NCBI RefSeq assembly: GCF_004010195.1
Contig: NC_057718.1
Coordinates: 60,646,795 to 60,710,794, forward strand
Direction of reading: 5' to 3'
Length of the DNA stretch: 64,000 nt
Origin: Chiloscyllium plagiosum
Lineage: Eukaryota
Positions 1-12,982 of this stretch are shown here, in pieces. How positions within the stretch are numbered: the stretch's first letter is position 1; each line of letters starts with the position of its first letter. The notes under the pieces are model-generated. The model saw only the letters and a list, made by a program, of their open reading frames with translations, ran no database searches and was not told the DNA's origin. A program made the translations under genes and the position numbers.

Positions 1-1398
1 TGGCTGGAAATCACTACCAGGGTCAGTGCCCAGTCGAGGGTTCAGAGGACCTGGCAGCAGTACCAAACAAAAAAGTCTGTGTCCTTCCAGTGATGGGGTA
101 TACAATGAATGCCAATTATATCATGTGAGATCAGGATTGGCAAAGCTTGTACATGGCATTGACTCATTCTGAAACCAAAGACCTCCCATTGCACACTGTT
201 CAGCTGGCTATATGCATGGGAGTATCAAGCACAGGCAGTTCCCCAGTAACGACAGTGCAAGGAACGTACAACACACAGTGAGGGTCAATGCTGCATGATG
301 GTCAGGAAGTACACAGCCTGCACGCTGGTGTTGTGACCATGTCACATGTGCAATACCTACATTCAGCCCCTGTGAACATCCAGTGACCTGTTGTTGATGC
401 AATCCCCAAAACTCATACCTCACTCCCCAATATCATCCTTTCTTCCATAGGTTCCCAAACCCTACCAGCTTCATATCCCACAGCCGAAGAAAAGCATTTA
501 AACTTGCCTCACCACTGGCATGGCACTTCCAGAGTCAAAGGACTGACCATGACCCACTCCATAAAGCGTAAAAGTACAGACCTCTTCTGCAAAGCTTCGC
601 TGGCCAGATGCCTGACTGTGGCCAAGCCCAGGACCGGCAAGGGAGACTGTCCTTGACTAGCCACTCTAGGAGCCCCTCGAACTGACTGGAATTGGGAGTG
701 GATGCTGCCATCACATGGTACAGTTCCCAGCCTGACATTGCGCAGTGACATACACAAAGATGTAGGCAGCCTCACCTGAGAACTGTTGCATAACACAGCC
801 ACCTACTTGATGGTGCAACTGTAAGAATTACCACTGCCAGGCCTAGATGCCTCTCCCTTAGAGAAAAGCTGATGCAGCTATGCATGCCTGCTTGCTGGCA
901 TGGTCCGCTAAACAAGTGTGAATGTGCAGAGCACAATGTCGGGGCATTTCCTAGATGTCAGGATGTAGTGACAGCTCCTTGAATGGCAGCTGCTAATGTC
1001 TGTGGTTCAAGGGTGTATGTGGCTGGTTCTCTTGGATGGTGCCCTGCTCTGTATTTTGCCATGAGCAACGTGGAGATCTCTTGGAGTAAGCAGTGAGCTA
1101 TACCCCGCAGGTACCCACTCCGTTTTTACCCGATAGGTAGTTTGTAAAGTGCTGCCTGTGGTAGGTCATCTGTTAACAAGCCCGTTAACAAACTGGTTAA
1201 TAAGCTAGTTAACAAACCTGTCAACAAGCAATGATGAGCAACAATTGGGAATCTCACATTCCCTCGAAGAATCTTACCACTTGAACAGAGCGGGGAAGCT
1301 ACAGCAAGATTATCTTGAGATCATGACTACCATCTTGCCCAATTCTACCACTCATCTCGCCAAGCACACCTCTCTCAGTTGTTTATTCAAGATTCAGC
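1..1398 (+). mobile_element. Harbinger/PIF-derived remnant with Myb/SANT-like fragment and putative right terminus
   Basis: Bases 1-90 translate WLEITTRVSAQSRVQRTWQQYQTKK, resembling the Myb/SANT-like partner protein of Harbinger elements. The element ends in AAGATTCAGCC, similar to a GGCWGAAT-type terminus. Confidence 0.5.
1172..1231. repeat. Tandem array of five 12-bp units built on GTTAACAA
   Basis: gttaacaagccc gttaacaaactg gttaataagcta gttaacaaacct gtcaacaagcaa. Confidence 0.9.
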
Positions 1399-1899
1399 CT
1401 GAAGTCCAGGTTTTGTGCCTTTATTACTGCTTCATTACATATACATTACTTACAGATCGAACACATTATACTGTCTCCATTTCATTGTGCAGGGAAAGAT
1501 TGAAAATGAAGAACTTTATGCGAGAGCATCACGTGTTACTGCCTGTGTGGTCTGGAATCTCTGCAATAATGCAACAGAAAGGTCTTAGGCAGAACAACCT
1601 CATGATAAAAATCAAAATTCAAAAGTTCATTTTACCACTATTGTAACATCACCCCACCACAATAGAACAAACCTGAACAATATTTCTTTCTTTTTGTTCA
1701 TGCTGAGCATTCCATTACAAGGTCAATGCGCAATTACAGTACAAAAACTGGAACGATAACACACAGGCAGCCTACATTCACTCTTTGTCCTGATCTGGCC
1801 TCAAAATCTGCTTTGGAGTAAGGAGCTGCATTTGTTCCCTGTGTTATGCTATCTTCTCAAGTATTAACCCTTCACTTACCCACTTCTGTAATCCCAATA

Positions 1900-2430
1900 C
1901 CAAAATCAGTCATGGTTACAAACTTGACCTCAAGATGGGTGATAAACAGAGGATTGCCTCCTGTCTGGGCTTTCATCCTGAACCTCATTCCCATGCAGCA
2001 TTACATCATCATGATTAGACCAGTTTGATTTTGAGATGTGTTTCTGTTCCCTGGGTTCCCTTCTGGGTAACTACGTTTTAGCTCATGGTGTGCTCCAACC
2101 ATAGTGTCTATTGTGGGCATCTTACCTTCTACGTTCCCATTTGTCTTGGGCTTGGATCTTCCCCCAACCTATCCTATTTTACGTGGAACACTCCCACCAC
2201 TGGCTGGATGTTCATCTTCTGCTATTGTTCCCAGTGACTCTTCCATTAAGTGATGATTCACCTTCAGTATCTCCGGGCCTGTCTGAGAACTCCTCAGGTC
2301 CCTCTCTAAGTTAACCATGAAGATATCTATCAATCTGATCTCAGGTTCTAGCCTGTCATCTATTCTCACTTTCTTTGGCCCTTGCCTTTTATTTTTATTT
2401 GCTCAATTTCTCTGGCTTTGGTTCTGTCTC
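1900..2430 (-). mobile_element. Degenerate L1/Tx1-like ORF1 remnant
   Basis: Minus-strand fragments GNNSRR and VGAHHE resemble the L1 ORF1 motifs ENRSRRNN and IERAHR; frames are broken. Confidence 0.3.
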
Positions 2431-2654
2431 TTTTTGATCATGCTGGCCTGTCCTCAACTTTATTTAACTGAAGTGTCCATTCCTGAGTTATACCAAACCA
2501 TGCAAGCTTTACTGCTCCTAGTAATGCTTCTGAATTTCTCTCAGCTGAAAGGATGTCTCCTCTCATGGGAGAGTCTATGATCAAAGAGCATAGTCTCAGA
2601 ATAAAGGGGTGAAAATTTAAGACTGAAATGAGGAGGAATTTCTTCTCGATTCGT

Positions 2655-3440
2655 AGATTCATTCGGCACAGAAAAGACTTTTAGGCTTATCAAATCTGTA
2701 TCAATATAGCTACCACTAAAAGTGTGCTAATCCCAATTTCCTGCACTTGTCCCATATCATTGAATGTCAAGATATTTAGAGTACTCATCTAAATATTTTT
2801 TAAAGGTTGTAAGATTTCCAGCTTCTACTACCTTCCCAGACAATACATCCCAGATTTCTACTACGCACTGAGAGAAAACATTTTTTTTCCCAAATCCCCT
2901 CTGAATCTCCTGTCCCTTTTCCCAAAACTATGTCCCCTCGTGATTGACTCCTCAACTAAGGGGAACAGCAGTTCTCTATTCACACTGTCCATATGCCTCA
3001 TAATCTTATTCACTTTAACCATGTCCTCCATCAGCCTTCTCTGCACTAAAGGAAACAAGCCAAGCCTGTCTAGTCTCTACTCATAGCTCAATTTCACCAT
3101 CCCAGGCAACATGTGGTGAACTTCCTCTGAGCTCTCTGGAATGCTATTACACCCTTCCTGTAGTAAGGTAACCAGTACTACACACAGTACTCCAGTTGTG
3201 ACCTAACCAGTGTTCTGTATAACTTCAAGATTTTCTCCTTGCTCTTATAATCTATGCTATGACTGATGAAAGCAAGTGTCCCAAATGCCTTCTTAAATAT
3301 TCTATTCACATGCTCTGCTGATTTCAGAGATTTGTAAATAATTACCCAAAGGTCCATCTACTGCCCTAAGCTACCCTGTGTCCTGTCATTCATTAAATAC
3401 TCCCTCACCTTGTTTCTTCTTCCAAACTACATCACTTTAT
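2655..3440 (-). mobile_element. CR1-type LINE 3' fragment (a short + strand CR1 tail piece lies at about 2545-2650)
   Basis: ORF 2861-3058 LFPLVEESITRGHSF is a typical CR1 ORF2 C-terminus. Confidence 0.85.
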
Positions 3441-4850
3441 CCTTTGATCTCTCCTTGTGTCTCTTTAGTCTGTGACTTTCCTAAGTCTGTGTGACTGTGT
3501 GATCACTTATAGTTGTCAGCCAGAACTACTATTTGCACTGTGCTAGACTTTTCTTCTGTATGTATCTGGATTGGAAAGAATTTGAACTCTTTGAGGAGAA
3601 TTGCCTCACAACGTTTCTTGTAGTGGTGACAGATTTAAGTACCTGCAGTCGCTGGTCAAAAGTGAGCTGTTCAAGCTTTCAGGTTCAAACTATGTCTGGT
3701 CAGCCTATTTCTTAAGGATACAGAACATCTGGCACTAATTGATGCCCACTTAAAATTGCCTATTTTATTCCCGATTTACTCCCATTCCTGATGAAGGGCT
3801 TATGCCTGAAATGACAACTCTCCTGACCTGGATTGCTTTTCCAGATCACACTTTTCAACTCTGACTCCTTCGTTGTCATTGACATGCTCCTTAGGCTTGA
3901 CAAAGTCAGCTCTGTGAGTTTTCCATGTCAACCTATTCTGCAAACAGCAGTGTCCATTGCAGACTAACCACTTTCACTAATGTGCTTATCTTTCAAAGTA
4001 GCTAAATAATGCATCTACCTCTTACACATCAAATTTATGGATTAAATGGACAAATCTAAATATTTTGGCCATTAAATCAGTTCGGTGTGATTTCCTCCCT
4101 GTTCTCCCTTCTCAACTAAAATTCTCCCTTTCGCTTCCTGTCTCTCTCCCTCTATTCCCTGCTCCTGAAATTCCAGTTCTAATCCTAGCTGTTCCATTTC
4201 TAAGTTATCTGTGTCACTATCCTCTGTTTCCACCTCTCGTAGCTTCATCACCATGTTGCATTCTGAGTGATTCCTAGCTTTATCTCTGAACTCCACCTCT
4301 AACTGCCAAGCTATGCTTTTTAATTCCGCAAAGGGCAAAGCCTTTAACTTTTCCACTTTCTTTGTCCTGTATGAAAGTACTAACATCAACTGTGTACATT
4401 CAGCATATTTAATGTTACAGACTCAGTTTCTTGCTTACAAAAAAAGCCTTCAAAGAAACAATTTATTTCCTCCATTACAATTCTATTGTTTGTCTATGAC
4501 AGTACATTGGCTGAGCCTGAACATTTGCCATGACCAGGTGAGGAGCAGTAATTCATCTCCCCACTTTTTAATTCCTTTTTGGTTGGTTGCAACAACATTT
4601 TTTTTTTAATATGCAGCTATGTCACTCAAGTGACAGAAGGAAAAAAAATGTTATTACCTAATTACACAAGAAAAAAATAATAATGATACAGCATCAAACA
4701 CACACCGCAAACATTGGCAACAATGTTTGGTACTGACAGAGAGAGTAAAAATAATGCAGTTTAAAAGTTCTTAGGGCCCTTGAGGGATAAGACTTCTAAA
4801 CAAAGACCAATTGCTTTAATTGTAGACTGGTCTTCTCAGCAGTGGTGACA
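3440..4850 (-). mobile_element. Gypsy-type LTR retrotransposon remnant (gag plus probable 5' LTR part)
   Basis: Acidic coiled-coil gag N-terminus in ORF 4072-4389; ILSGHQLVPD and TFDQR near 3650-3755 match the gag motif IL.AYELVPEAY...FDRW seen in the copy at 9050. Confidence 0.65.
3784..3868 (+). mobile_element. Truncated hammerhead-bearing short element, degenerate core
   Basis: attcCTGATGAagggcttatgcctGAAAtgac followed by the family tail. Confidence 0.75.
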
Positions 4851-4863
4851 TTTATAGATGTTT

Positions 4864-5460
4864 TTGGAAGCACTGGCTTTCGGAGCGCTGCTCTTTCATC
4901 AGGTGGTTGTGGAGTATAAGATTGTAAGACAGAATTTATAGCAAAGGTTTACAGTATGATGTAACTGAAATAATATATTGAAAAATACCTTGATTGTTTG
5001 TTAAGTCTCTCATCTGCTTGAATCTATGTAAGATTCTGTTTATTCATTTTTTTAGATTAGAATCAGTTTAAACATTATGGCACAGACAGCAGCACAGAGG
5101 GGTGCTAATTCCCAATGCATTGTCTGGGCTAACACCAATTGTTAAAGTTCATTTGAGAATGTAACTTTTAAAAAAATGTTTAGTGAGTTACATATGAAAG
5201 AAGTGAAACTAACATGGTCATTCTAACAGATGAGAGACTTAACAAACAATCAAGGTATTTTTCAATGTATAATTTCAGTTACATCATACTGTAAACTTTT
5301 GCTATAAATTCTGTGTCTTACAATCTTATACTTCACAACCACCTGATGAAAGAGCAGCACTCCGAAAGCTAGTATTTCCAATTAAACCTGTGGACTATAA
5401 CCTGGTGTTGTGTGATTTTTAAACTATGTACACTCCAGTCCAACACCGGCATCTCCATAT
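4864..5460 (+). mobile_element. Penelope-like pseudo-LTR in inverted arrangement with hammerhead motif in each arm
   Basis: Inverted arms of about 153 bp at 4864-5016 and 5227-5381; cores cacCTGATGAaagagcagcactccGAAAgcta on + (5343-5367) and the mirror copy on - (4878-4902). Confidence 0.8.
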
Positions 5461-5469
5461 CTTGCATTC

Positions 5470-6010
5470 TCAGTGAATGCTTGCTGCTCCAATTTACTTT
5501 ATCATCAGGCATTGTTTTCAAGGATGATGAGAAATTATAGAGAGAGATGTCTTTTAATCCAGTTGTTACCAATTCATATTCTTTTCTTCCCCCTGGCTCA
5601 GCTGTTCAAAAACAACAGTGAAAATATAGTTCTGTGCATATTCCTAAGTCTGGCTCCATTGCCTTTCCAAATTGACTAACTAGCAGACAAAGTTTTGATC
5701 TCTGAATGTATGAAGTATATCTAAACAAAGGTGTGAAAAAACATAGATGTGAAATTGTTGACATTGACTCAGTTGCCTTGTTTTGATAACTTAAATAAAA
5801 AACATGTAACTTACATGCAGACTATCTTGTCATTTCATATGGTCCTGATGAATCTTGACTCTCTCTGTGGTCAGCTGACAATGACAGCAATTTTAGGTCC
5901 ATGTTTCTTCTTTTTTAATATCCATTTTCATCTGTAAAACATCTCAGATATCAGAATTAAATGATGGATGATAAAATTTGATAGTCCAGAAAACCAATGT
6001 CGTAACAATT
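5470..6010 (-). mobile_element. Ancient RTE-like LINE endonuclease/linker remnant
   Basis: Broken minus frame FLDYQIL...SADH...NLERQWSQ; visibly homologous to about 48580-49050. Confidence 0.5.
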
Positions 6011-7279
6011 TTCAGTACCAAGTTTTAGTTACATAGTGTTTCATGGGGTTATCTTGGAATATATGATCACACAGCAGTAGTGTAATGATATTGCTGGCCA
6101 CTGCTTAAAATACGTGCAATTAGTCAGGGTATTTTCTGATATGCTTCATCAATTAGCCTGCAATTAGAAATATCCATGTAGAAATACTTGTGGCTTTTTT
6201 TTGACATCCCTTCACAATTTCTCATAAAATCATTATGAAGCAAACAAAATCTATAAATTTGTGAGTCTGTTTCTTTAAAAAAATGACCTTAAAAGTTCAG
6301 AAAATTGTGATTCCAGTTTTAAGACCTGATACATAATCATTACATTCATTTGAATATAAAGTAACATGGTTTAGATTAGTAATTTCTACAGACATTTATA
6401 CAACAGCAATCTTTGATTTTCAATGGAGTTGGTTGCCAATGTCCCTATCCACCAAGTAGCTCCTGTTATATTATCAATCAACTTCTTCAGATATGTTATA
6501 AGATGTCTCTAGAGCAGGTGGGGCTTGAACTCAGGCAGTCTGACCCAGAGGTAGGGAGACTATACTACACAAGAGCCACAAAGTGGTTTCAGAATACCTG
6601 AATATCAAACATCATCAGGTGATGTGTCGAGTGAACTGATCAACCCATTCAAACTGTTTCTAGACTAATGAGCCAAGACACATTTCCATATAATTCGAAG
6701 CTATTCTGACAAATCAAGAATGCCATGTTAGATTAAATTAGTTTATGGGCCATAAGTGTAAAAATGATTTTGTACACTTGCATGTAAAATAACTTGCTAG
6801 TCAAATACGTATGTAAATATTGTTATTACTGGAAGCCAAGTGTTTATCTCTTCTAATCAGTTTGCATCAGCACAAAACAATCGGCATGGGCTGTTGCTTT
6901 GTTTAGGTTAGTGGAAATTTTAATAATTAATTCTCATTGCAAACATTTATATTTATGCAGCATGTTACCATGAAAACAAAATCCGGTTAAGTTTTACAGA
7001 GGCATGATGAGGCAAAAATGAACAATGATATTTGGAGAGGAGGAGGACGGTCAAGGAACCGCAGTTCAAAGACAGTGTTAGAGGAAGGTAGGGTGCTGGA
7101 GCAATGGGAAGGTAAGGAATTTCCTGATAAGGGCTGAGACAATGGCTGTCAAAAGTGTGCACAATACACAGAAGTCAGCCAGAGGCAGAAGAATTATAGA
7201 GATAGAAAGACATACAGAAATAGGGAGAGCCGAGTATTTGATGAGATTTAAATTGAAGTTGAGAATTTTAAATGTGTGA

Positions 7280-7610
7280 AAAATTGCTCTCCTGATTACT
7301 ATTTACTGTCATTCTTCAATCTCAATTGATGGATTGATATTTCTCCAAGTTGAATACAACCTGATTTAGACAATAATGTTAGTGATGGAACAGAACATAC
7401 CCTTAATGGGGGACTTCAGTCTCCATCAACAATAGTAATACCTGGTGGCCGGACTTGGGAATGGAACCTGCTTGATCGACGCCTCACGCATCCTCAGATG
7501 AAAACCATCCCCAGTGTATTTCCCATGTATTGGAGAGATGGGATTTGTGCGCTTATAAAGCAACGGATATGGCAGCATTTCAGGTTGGCTGTATGGAAGA
7601 TGATAACCAG
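7280..7610 (+). mobile_element. Old L2/CR1-group endonuclease remnant
   Basis: QNIPLMGDFSLH, NLLDRRLTHP and RWDL...TDMAA follow the APE motifs GDFN and NLLDL.LTN. Confidence 0.55.
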
Positions 7611-8040
7611 AATGGGACAGAGATGTGCAGAGTGCTCAAACATAGAAAAAACAGCAGTAAATGGTGTCAAAGGAGGGGAAAATGGTTAAAAGATAAAATG
7701 AATGACTCTTTACTTGAATGTACGTGGTTTTTGGAATAATATTATCAAATTAATGGCTCAAATAGTAATTAATGGGCATTTTCTTATTCCTATTTCAGAG
7801 ACATAGTTACAAGAATGTCAAAGCTGAGAACTAAATATTTCTGGGTATGTAACTTTTCTAAAGAACAAGCAAGAAAGAAATGGTGATGGTACTTTGATAG
7901 TGTGGGGTAGAATAAGTATGATAGCAAAAAATAATATTGGATTGGAATTTGTAGTATCTAGATGGGTAGAGGTAAGAAATAACAAGGGAAAGAGACAATG
8001 TCAGTAGTCTAAAGGCCCCCCCCCCTCACAGTTTCTATAA

Positions 8041-8415
8041 ATGATGTGGAGGTGCCGATGTTGGACTGGGGTAGACTAAGTTAACAATCACAAAACACCA
8101 GATTATAATCCAACAGATTTATTTGGAAGTACTAGCTTTCAGAGCGCTGCTCCTTCCAGGTAGCTGTGGAGCAGGATCATAAGACACAGTATTTATAGCA
8201 AAAGATTACAGTGTCATGCAACTGAAACAATATATTGAACAACTCTAGATTGCTGTTAAGTCTTTCATCTTTTAAAATGGGTTGCAGGTTTCAGTTCATT
8301 AATATGTAAATCCCAGAACTTCTTTTGAGACACATTCTTGAGTTAACTTAAGGTTTTAGACAGAAAGGTGACAACTCAGACAATGCATTAAAGTTGTGAG
8401 GTTAGAGTTTGTTTG
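8041..8415 (-). mobile_element. Penelope-like pseudo-LTR copy related to 4864-5460, core carries a deletion
   Basis: Minus strand reads acCTGGAAggagcagcgctctGAAAgctagtac with the same downstream tail as 5370-5460. Confidence 0.75.
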
Positions 8416-8617
8416 TTTCCTTACACTGCAACAGGGAATAAACCAGGAATTAATGAAAACATGTAAAAAGGGTAGTACTTTAATCATGAGTGACTTTACT
8501 CTTCATGTAGATCACAAAAATCTGATTGACAGATGTACAATGAGGAAATATTCACAGAATATATATGGAACATTCTCCTCAAACGATATTTTGTGGATCT
8601 AAGCAGGGGTAAGTCGA

Positions 8618-8710
8618 ATCTCCTGTTCCCTGGATGCTGCCTGACCTGCTGTGCTGTTCCAGCAATAAAGTTTCAACTTTGATCTCCAGCATCTGCAGAC
8701 CTTTCTCCTT
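8618..8710 (+). mobile_element. 5'-truncated copy of the hammerhead-bearing short element
   Basis: gtcgaatctcctg...ggatgctgcctgacctgctgtgc...ctccagcatctgcag. Confidence 0.8.
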
Positions 8711-9049
8711 TAAGGCTATTTTACATCTGGTACTGTGTAATGAGTTAAGTTTAATAAAAAAAGATATCGGAGTAAAATATCCCCATGCAAACAGTGATCA
8801 TAACATAATAGAATTTAGCATTCAGTTTGAGAAAGAGAAACTTGGGCCAGGAACAGCAGCTAAACGAAATAAGGGCAATTGGAAAGGAATGCAGGCAGAG
8901 GTTGCTGGAATGGACTGGGAATAGAGCTTAGCAGTGAAGACAGTTGAGGATCAATGCAAACATTTCAGAAAATAGCTCATGACCCATAACAAAGTTATTT
9001 CACCTCAGTTGAGAATGTAGTTAGACCAATGAAGTGGCTAAAAGACGTT

Positions 9050-10530
9050 AGACCTTCGGGTATAGATTGCTATGACAAGCAAAACCATGACTGTGTATAC
9101 CAATTTGTCAGAAGAATGATCTGAAGTTTATGAAACTGTTGAAAAGACAATCCTCAATATTTCTGAGCTTTGTCCCTGAAGCTTATCAATTAAAATTTAG
9201 AACATCAAGAAAGGAGCCTAACCAGACATTTGTAGAACTCATAAGGCAAAACACAATTTTGGAGGATTAGTGGTTTCAATAAGATAATATAAGAGAAAAT
9301 GTATTGTGAAAGGATTCTGAAATAAATCTATAAAAATAATTTATTTGTGTGTCCAGCATCAAAGTTCAGAGAAGCAGAGGTTCTGGCAGATAACTGTGAT
9401 ATCCCTTAAAGACTGTCACAAGTGATAAAATCATTACATTACAAAAGGAAGTTGAATGAGACACTAGCTTTAGAGATCAGACAGATGGATATGAAGTAGT
9501 AAAGGAGAAATGGCTAGAACAAAAGAAAATGCTGCCACTTTAATAGGACTGGACATACCAAAACCCATTAGACTTTTAATGGGAGACAAATTAAAGTTCT
9601 GGTACTACCAATGAAATATCAGCTTTTGTAACACAAGGCTGACTTTATCAATGCAAAGATATGCATTTGTTTGGAATGGAAAAAAACAGCGTTCCAATGA
9701 GTGACTCAAACAATCCTTGAAGGGTTATGTAGCTGCCTGGTTTACTTCAATGGCATGATTGTTTCCAAAAAAGGTTAGAAAGCACATTTGTGCCACTTGA
9801 CTGGATTAGTTGATCAACTTCAAAAAATAAACAATTTGATTGTAAATCTGGCCAAAAGTGAATTTGCCAATGCTGAAGTGAATTATTTGGGCCACACAAT
9901 GGATAATTGCCACATAATACATAATAAAGTGAAAGGAAGGGCTCTTTTGGATTTTCCCATCCAGAGCACAAAATGCAAAACTTTGCAACATTGTTTACAT
10001 GAGTAGGTTTATCAGAATTTATTCTGAACTTCTGTACTGTGTTGGCTCCTTTAACAAATTTGCTCAAGAACGGCAGGATATTTGAATAGATGCAAGAATG
10101 TATTTAACAACTTGAATGTGCACTTTCAATTTTAGAAGTGCCACGTCATGAGAAGCCATTTAAACTAGCTGTTGCTACCAGTGACATCAATGTAGCTCTG
10201 TTTTACCACAAAATTAAGAGATGGAGATTAAATAGTTTGTAAGTTATTTTTCGAAGGAACTGACTAGATATGATTACAAATAAGGTCATTGATGTGAAGA
10301 AGGAGGTATTTGGTCTTGTGTTGATTTTCCATCATTTTGAAATATACATCTCCCACCTTGTGAAAGAAATTGTTATTATTCAGGTCACAATAATTTAATA
10401 GTTTTGGAATAATTTCCAGGCAAAAAACTTACAATTTTTTTTCAGTGGAATTTGAACATCTGATTACAATTGAAAACTATTCATATGCCTGGAAAACAAA
10501 ATATTATAGTGAATAGTTTATCAAGAGCAC
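9050..10530 (+). mobile_element. Internally deleted Gypsy gag-RT-RNaseH
   Basis: VPEAYQLKFR (gag), EISAFVT, NLAKSEFANAEVNYLGH (RT), KPFKLAV, SYFSK, PGKQNIIVNSLSR (RNase H). Confidence 0.85.
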
Positions 10531-10739
10531 ATCTGAAAGACACTAGGTTATATGATGCATATTGACTAATGCAAAGTCTGGTTGCCATATACGTCATTAT
10601 ATGTTTAATATATATTTTAATACTGTTAATATGACTTAGCAATAGCACTGTAAAGGACTTTTATAGGGAAATGGAAATGCCTCCTGAAGATACAATTTCA
10701 TTCATCTTTGGGAGAAGGTGTAACAAAAGATATTGCTGT

Positions 10740-12550
10740 TTAATGGATTCATTATGGTGACCTACATCAAGATACAGTGAAAAGTGCTGTTTTGCTTGCA
10801 ATACGGGCAGATCATACCATACAAAATGCATCAAGAAATCAGAACAGGGTGTAAAGTACAGTGTTACAACCATACAGAAGGTGCAGAGAGAGAGAGAGAG
10901 ATATCAAAATTAACATTTGAGAGGACCGTTCAAAAGTCTAATAGCAGTAGGGAAGAAGCTGTTCTTGAATCTATTTGGACATGCATTCATAAATTTATAT
11001 CTTCTGTCTGATGTAAGAGGGTGGAAGAATATGACCAGGATGGGAGGTATCTTTGATCATGTTGATTGCTTTCCCGAGGCAGTGGAAAGTACAGCTGGAG
11101 TCAATGGATGGAAGACTGGATTGTGTGATGGACTAGGCTGTGTTCTCGACTCTCTGTCGTTTCTTGATGCCTTGGGAAGAGTAGTTACCATACCATGCTG
11201 TGAGGCATCCAGATAGGATGCTTTCCATAAAAATTGGGAAGAGTCATTGTGGACATGTTGAATTCCATTAGCCTCTTGAGCGAGTAGAAATGTTGTTGTG
11301 GTTTGTTGATTGTCATGTTAACGTGGGAGGTCCAGGATTATCATCACTTCCTGGAACTTGATGGTCTTCACCATTTCCACTTCAACACTATTGATTGGGA
11401 GGGGGGGGGTGTGGAGGTGTGTCATGGAGAGGTACAGCATGGAAACAGACCCTTTGGTCCGACTTATCCATGCCGACCAGATATCCCAACCCAATCTAGA
11501 CCCACATGCCAGCACCCAGCCCATATCCCTCCAAGCCCTTCCTATTCATATACCCATCTAAATGCCTCTTAAATGTTGCAATTGTACCAGCCTCCACCAC
11601 TTCCTCTGGTAGCTCATTCCATACACATACTACCCTCTGTGTGAAAAAGTTGCCCCTTAGGTCTCTTTTATATCTTTCCCCTCTCACCCTAAAGCTATGC
11701 CCTCTAGTTCTGGACTCCCTGACCCCAGGGAAAAGACTTTGCCTACTTACCCTATCCATGCCCCTCATAATTTTGTAAACCTCTATAAGGTCACCCCTCA
11801 GCTTCCGACGCTCCAGGGAAAACAAACTCAGCCTGTTCAGCCTCTCCCTAAATCTCAAATTCTCCATCCTTGTAAATCTTTTCTGGATCCCTTTAAGTTT
11901 CACAACATCTTTCCTATAGGAAGGAGACCAGAATTGCACACAATATTCCAACAGTGGCCTAACCAATGTCCTGTACAGCACAACAAGACCTCCCAACTCC
12001 TGTACTCAATACTCTGACCAATAAAGGAAAGCATACCAACCACCTTCTTCGCTATCGTATCTACCTGCGACTCCACTTTCAAGAAGCTATGAACCTGCAC
12101 TCCAAGGTCTCTTTGTTCAGCAACACTCCCTAGGACCTTACCATTAAGTGTGTAAGTCCTGCTAAGATTTGCTTTCCCAAAATGTAGCACCTTGCATTTA
12201 TCTGAATTAAACTCCACCTGCCACTTCTCAGTCCATTGGCCCATCTGGTCAAAGTCCCATTGTAATCCCAGGTAACCTTCTTCTCTGTCCACCACACTTC
12301 CAATTTTGGTGTCATCTGCAAACTTACTAACTGTACCTCTTCTGCTCGCATCCAAATCATTTATATAAATGACAAAAAGTAGAGAACCCAGCACCGATCC
12401 TTGTGGCTCTCCACTGGTCATAGGCCTCCAGTCTGAAAAACAACCCTCCACCACCACGTGTGATCTCAACTCCACTTCCTGAAGTCAATGACCAGCTTCT
12501 TTGTTCGCTAACATTAATGGAGAGATTGTTACCTTTACACCATGCTGTTA
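10740..12550 (-). mobile_element. Rex1/Babar-like LINE 3' part, split by a CR1
   Basis: LVIDFRKWS (12470-12510) continues as PINSVEVEMVKTIKF (11345-11400). Confidence 0.7.
11421..12457 (-). mobile_element. Young 5'-truncated CR1 LINE (RT C-terminal half and 3' tail)
   Basis: PQGSVLG, KFADDTK, QRDLGV, RPLLEYCVQFWSP, FFTQRVV. Confidence 0.95.
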
Positions 12551-12982
12551 AGCATATGGTTTATATATATTTTAGCATCTTTTTTTTGAAGTTTGAATTT
12601 TAGAAGAATTGCATATGGGTGTAGTCCTTCTTTGATGAAGGGGTTTAAACATTAACCAGATCTTTCTGGAACCATGATTTGAAACTTACATAGTCCTCCT
12701 GGAGTTTTCATAGACTTTTATTTATACTAGGAGTGCTTCCAACTGGAGAGAAAACGCATCAAGCTAATTGCTTAGCAGAATTGGGGATGAGCTTTTCATT
12801 TGAATTTAGTTCAAAAGCTTTTGGATAGTTCAAAGGAGACTTGACTGAAGTCAGAAGCAAATATAGGAAAAGGAGAATGTTTCAACCAGCAAAGAAAACA
12901 CATTACTTTCTTGAAAAGTGTAATTTGGGAAACCTACAGACCATGAGGGTTTGGTTGGAACTCGACAGTGTATGAAAAGATT

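Larger units (their letters stand above)
7750..9000 (+). mobile_element. CR1 ORF2 endonuclease region, interrupted by two short insertions
   Basis: LIMSDFTLHVD, SDHNIIEFSIQF and AGMDWE motifs. Confidence 0.75.

Noticed and set aside
1493..1581. Exon-like GKIENEELYARASR segment
   Set aside because: It resembles the RTE C-terminal motif KI.NEEL..R and the donor site is poor.
7369..7583. Open exon-like segment DNNVSDG...WQHFR
   Set aside because: Overlapping frames give LINE endonuclease motifs (MGDF, NLLD..LT).
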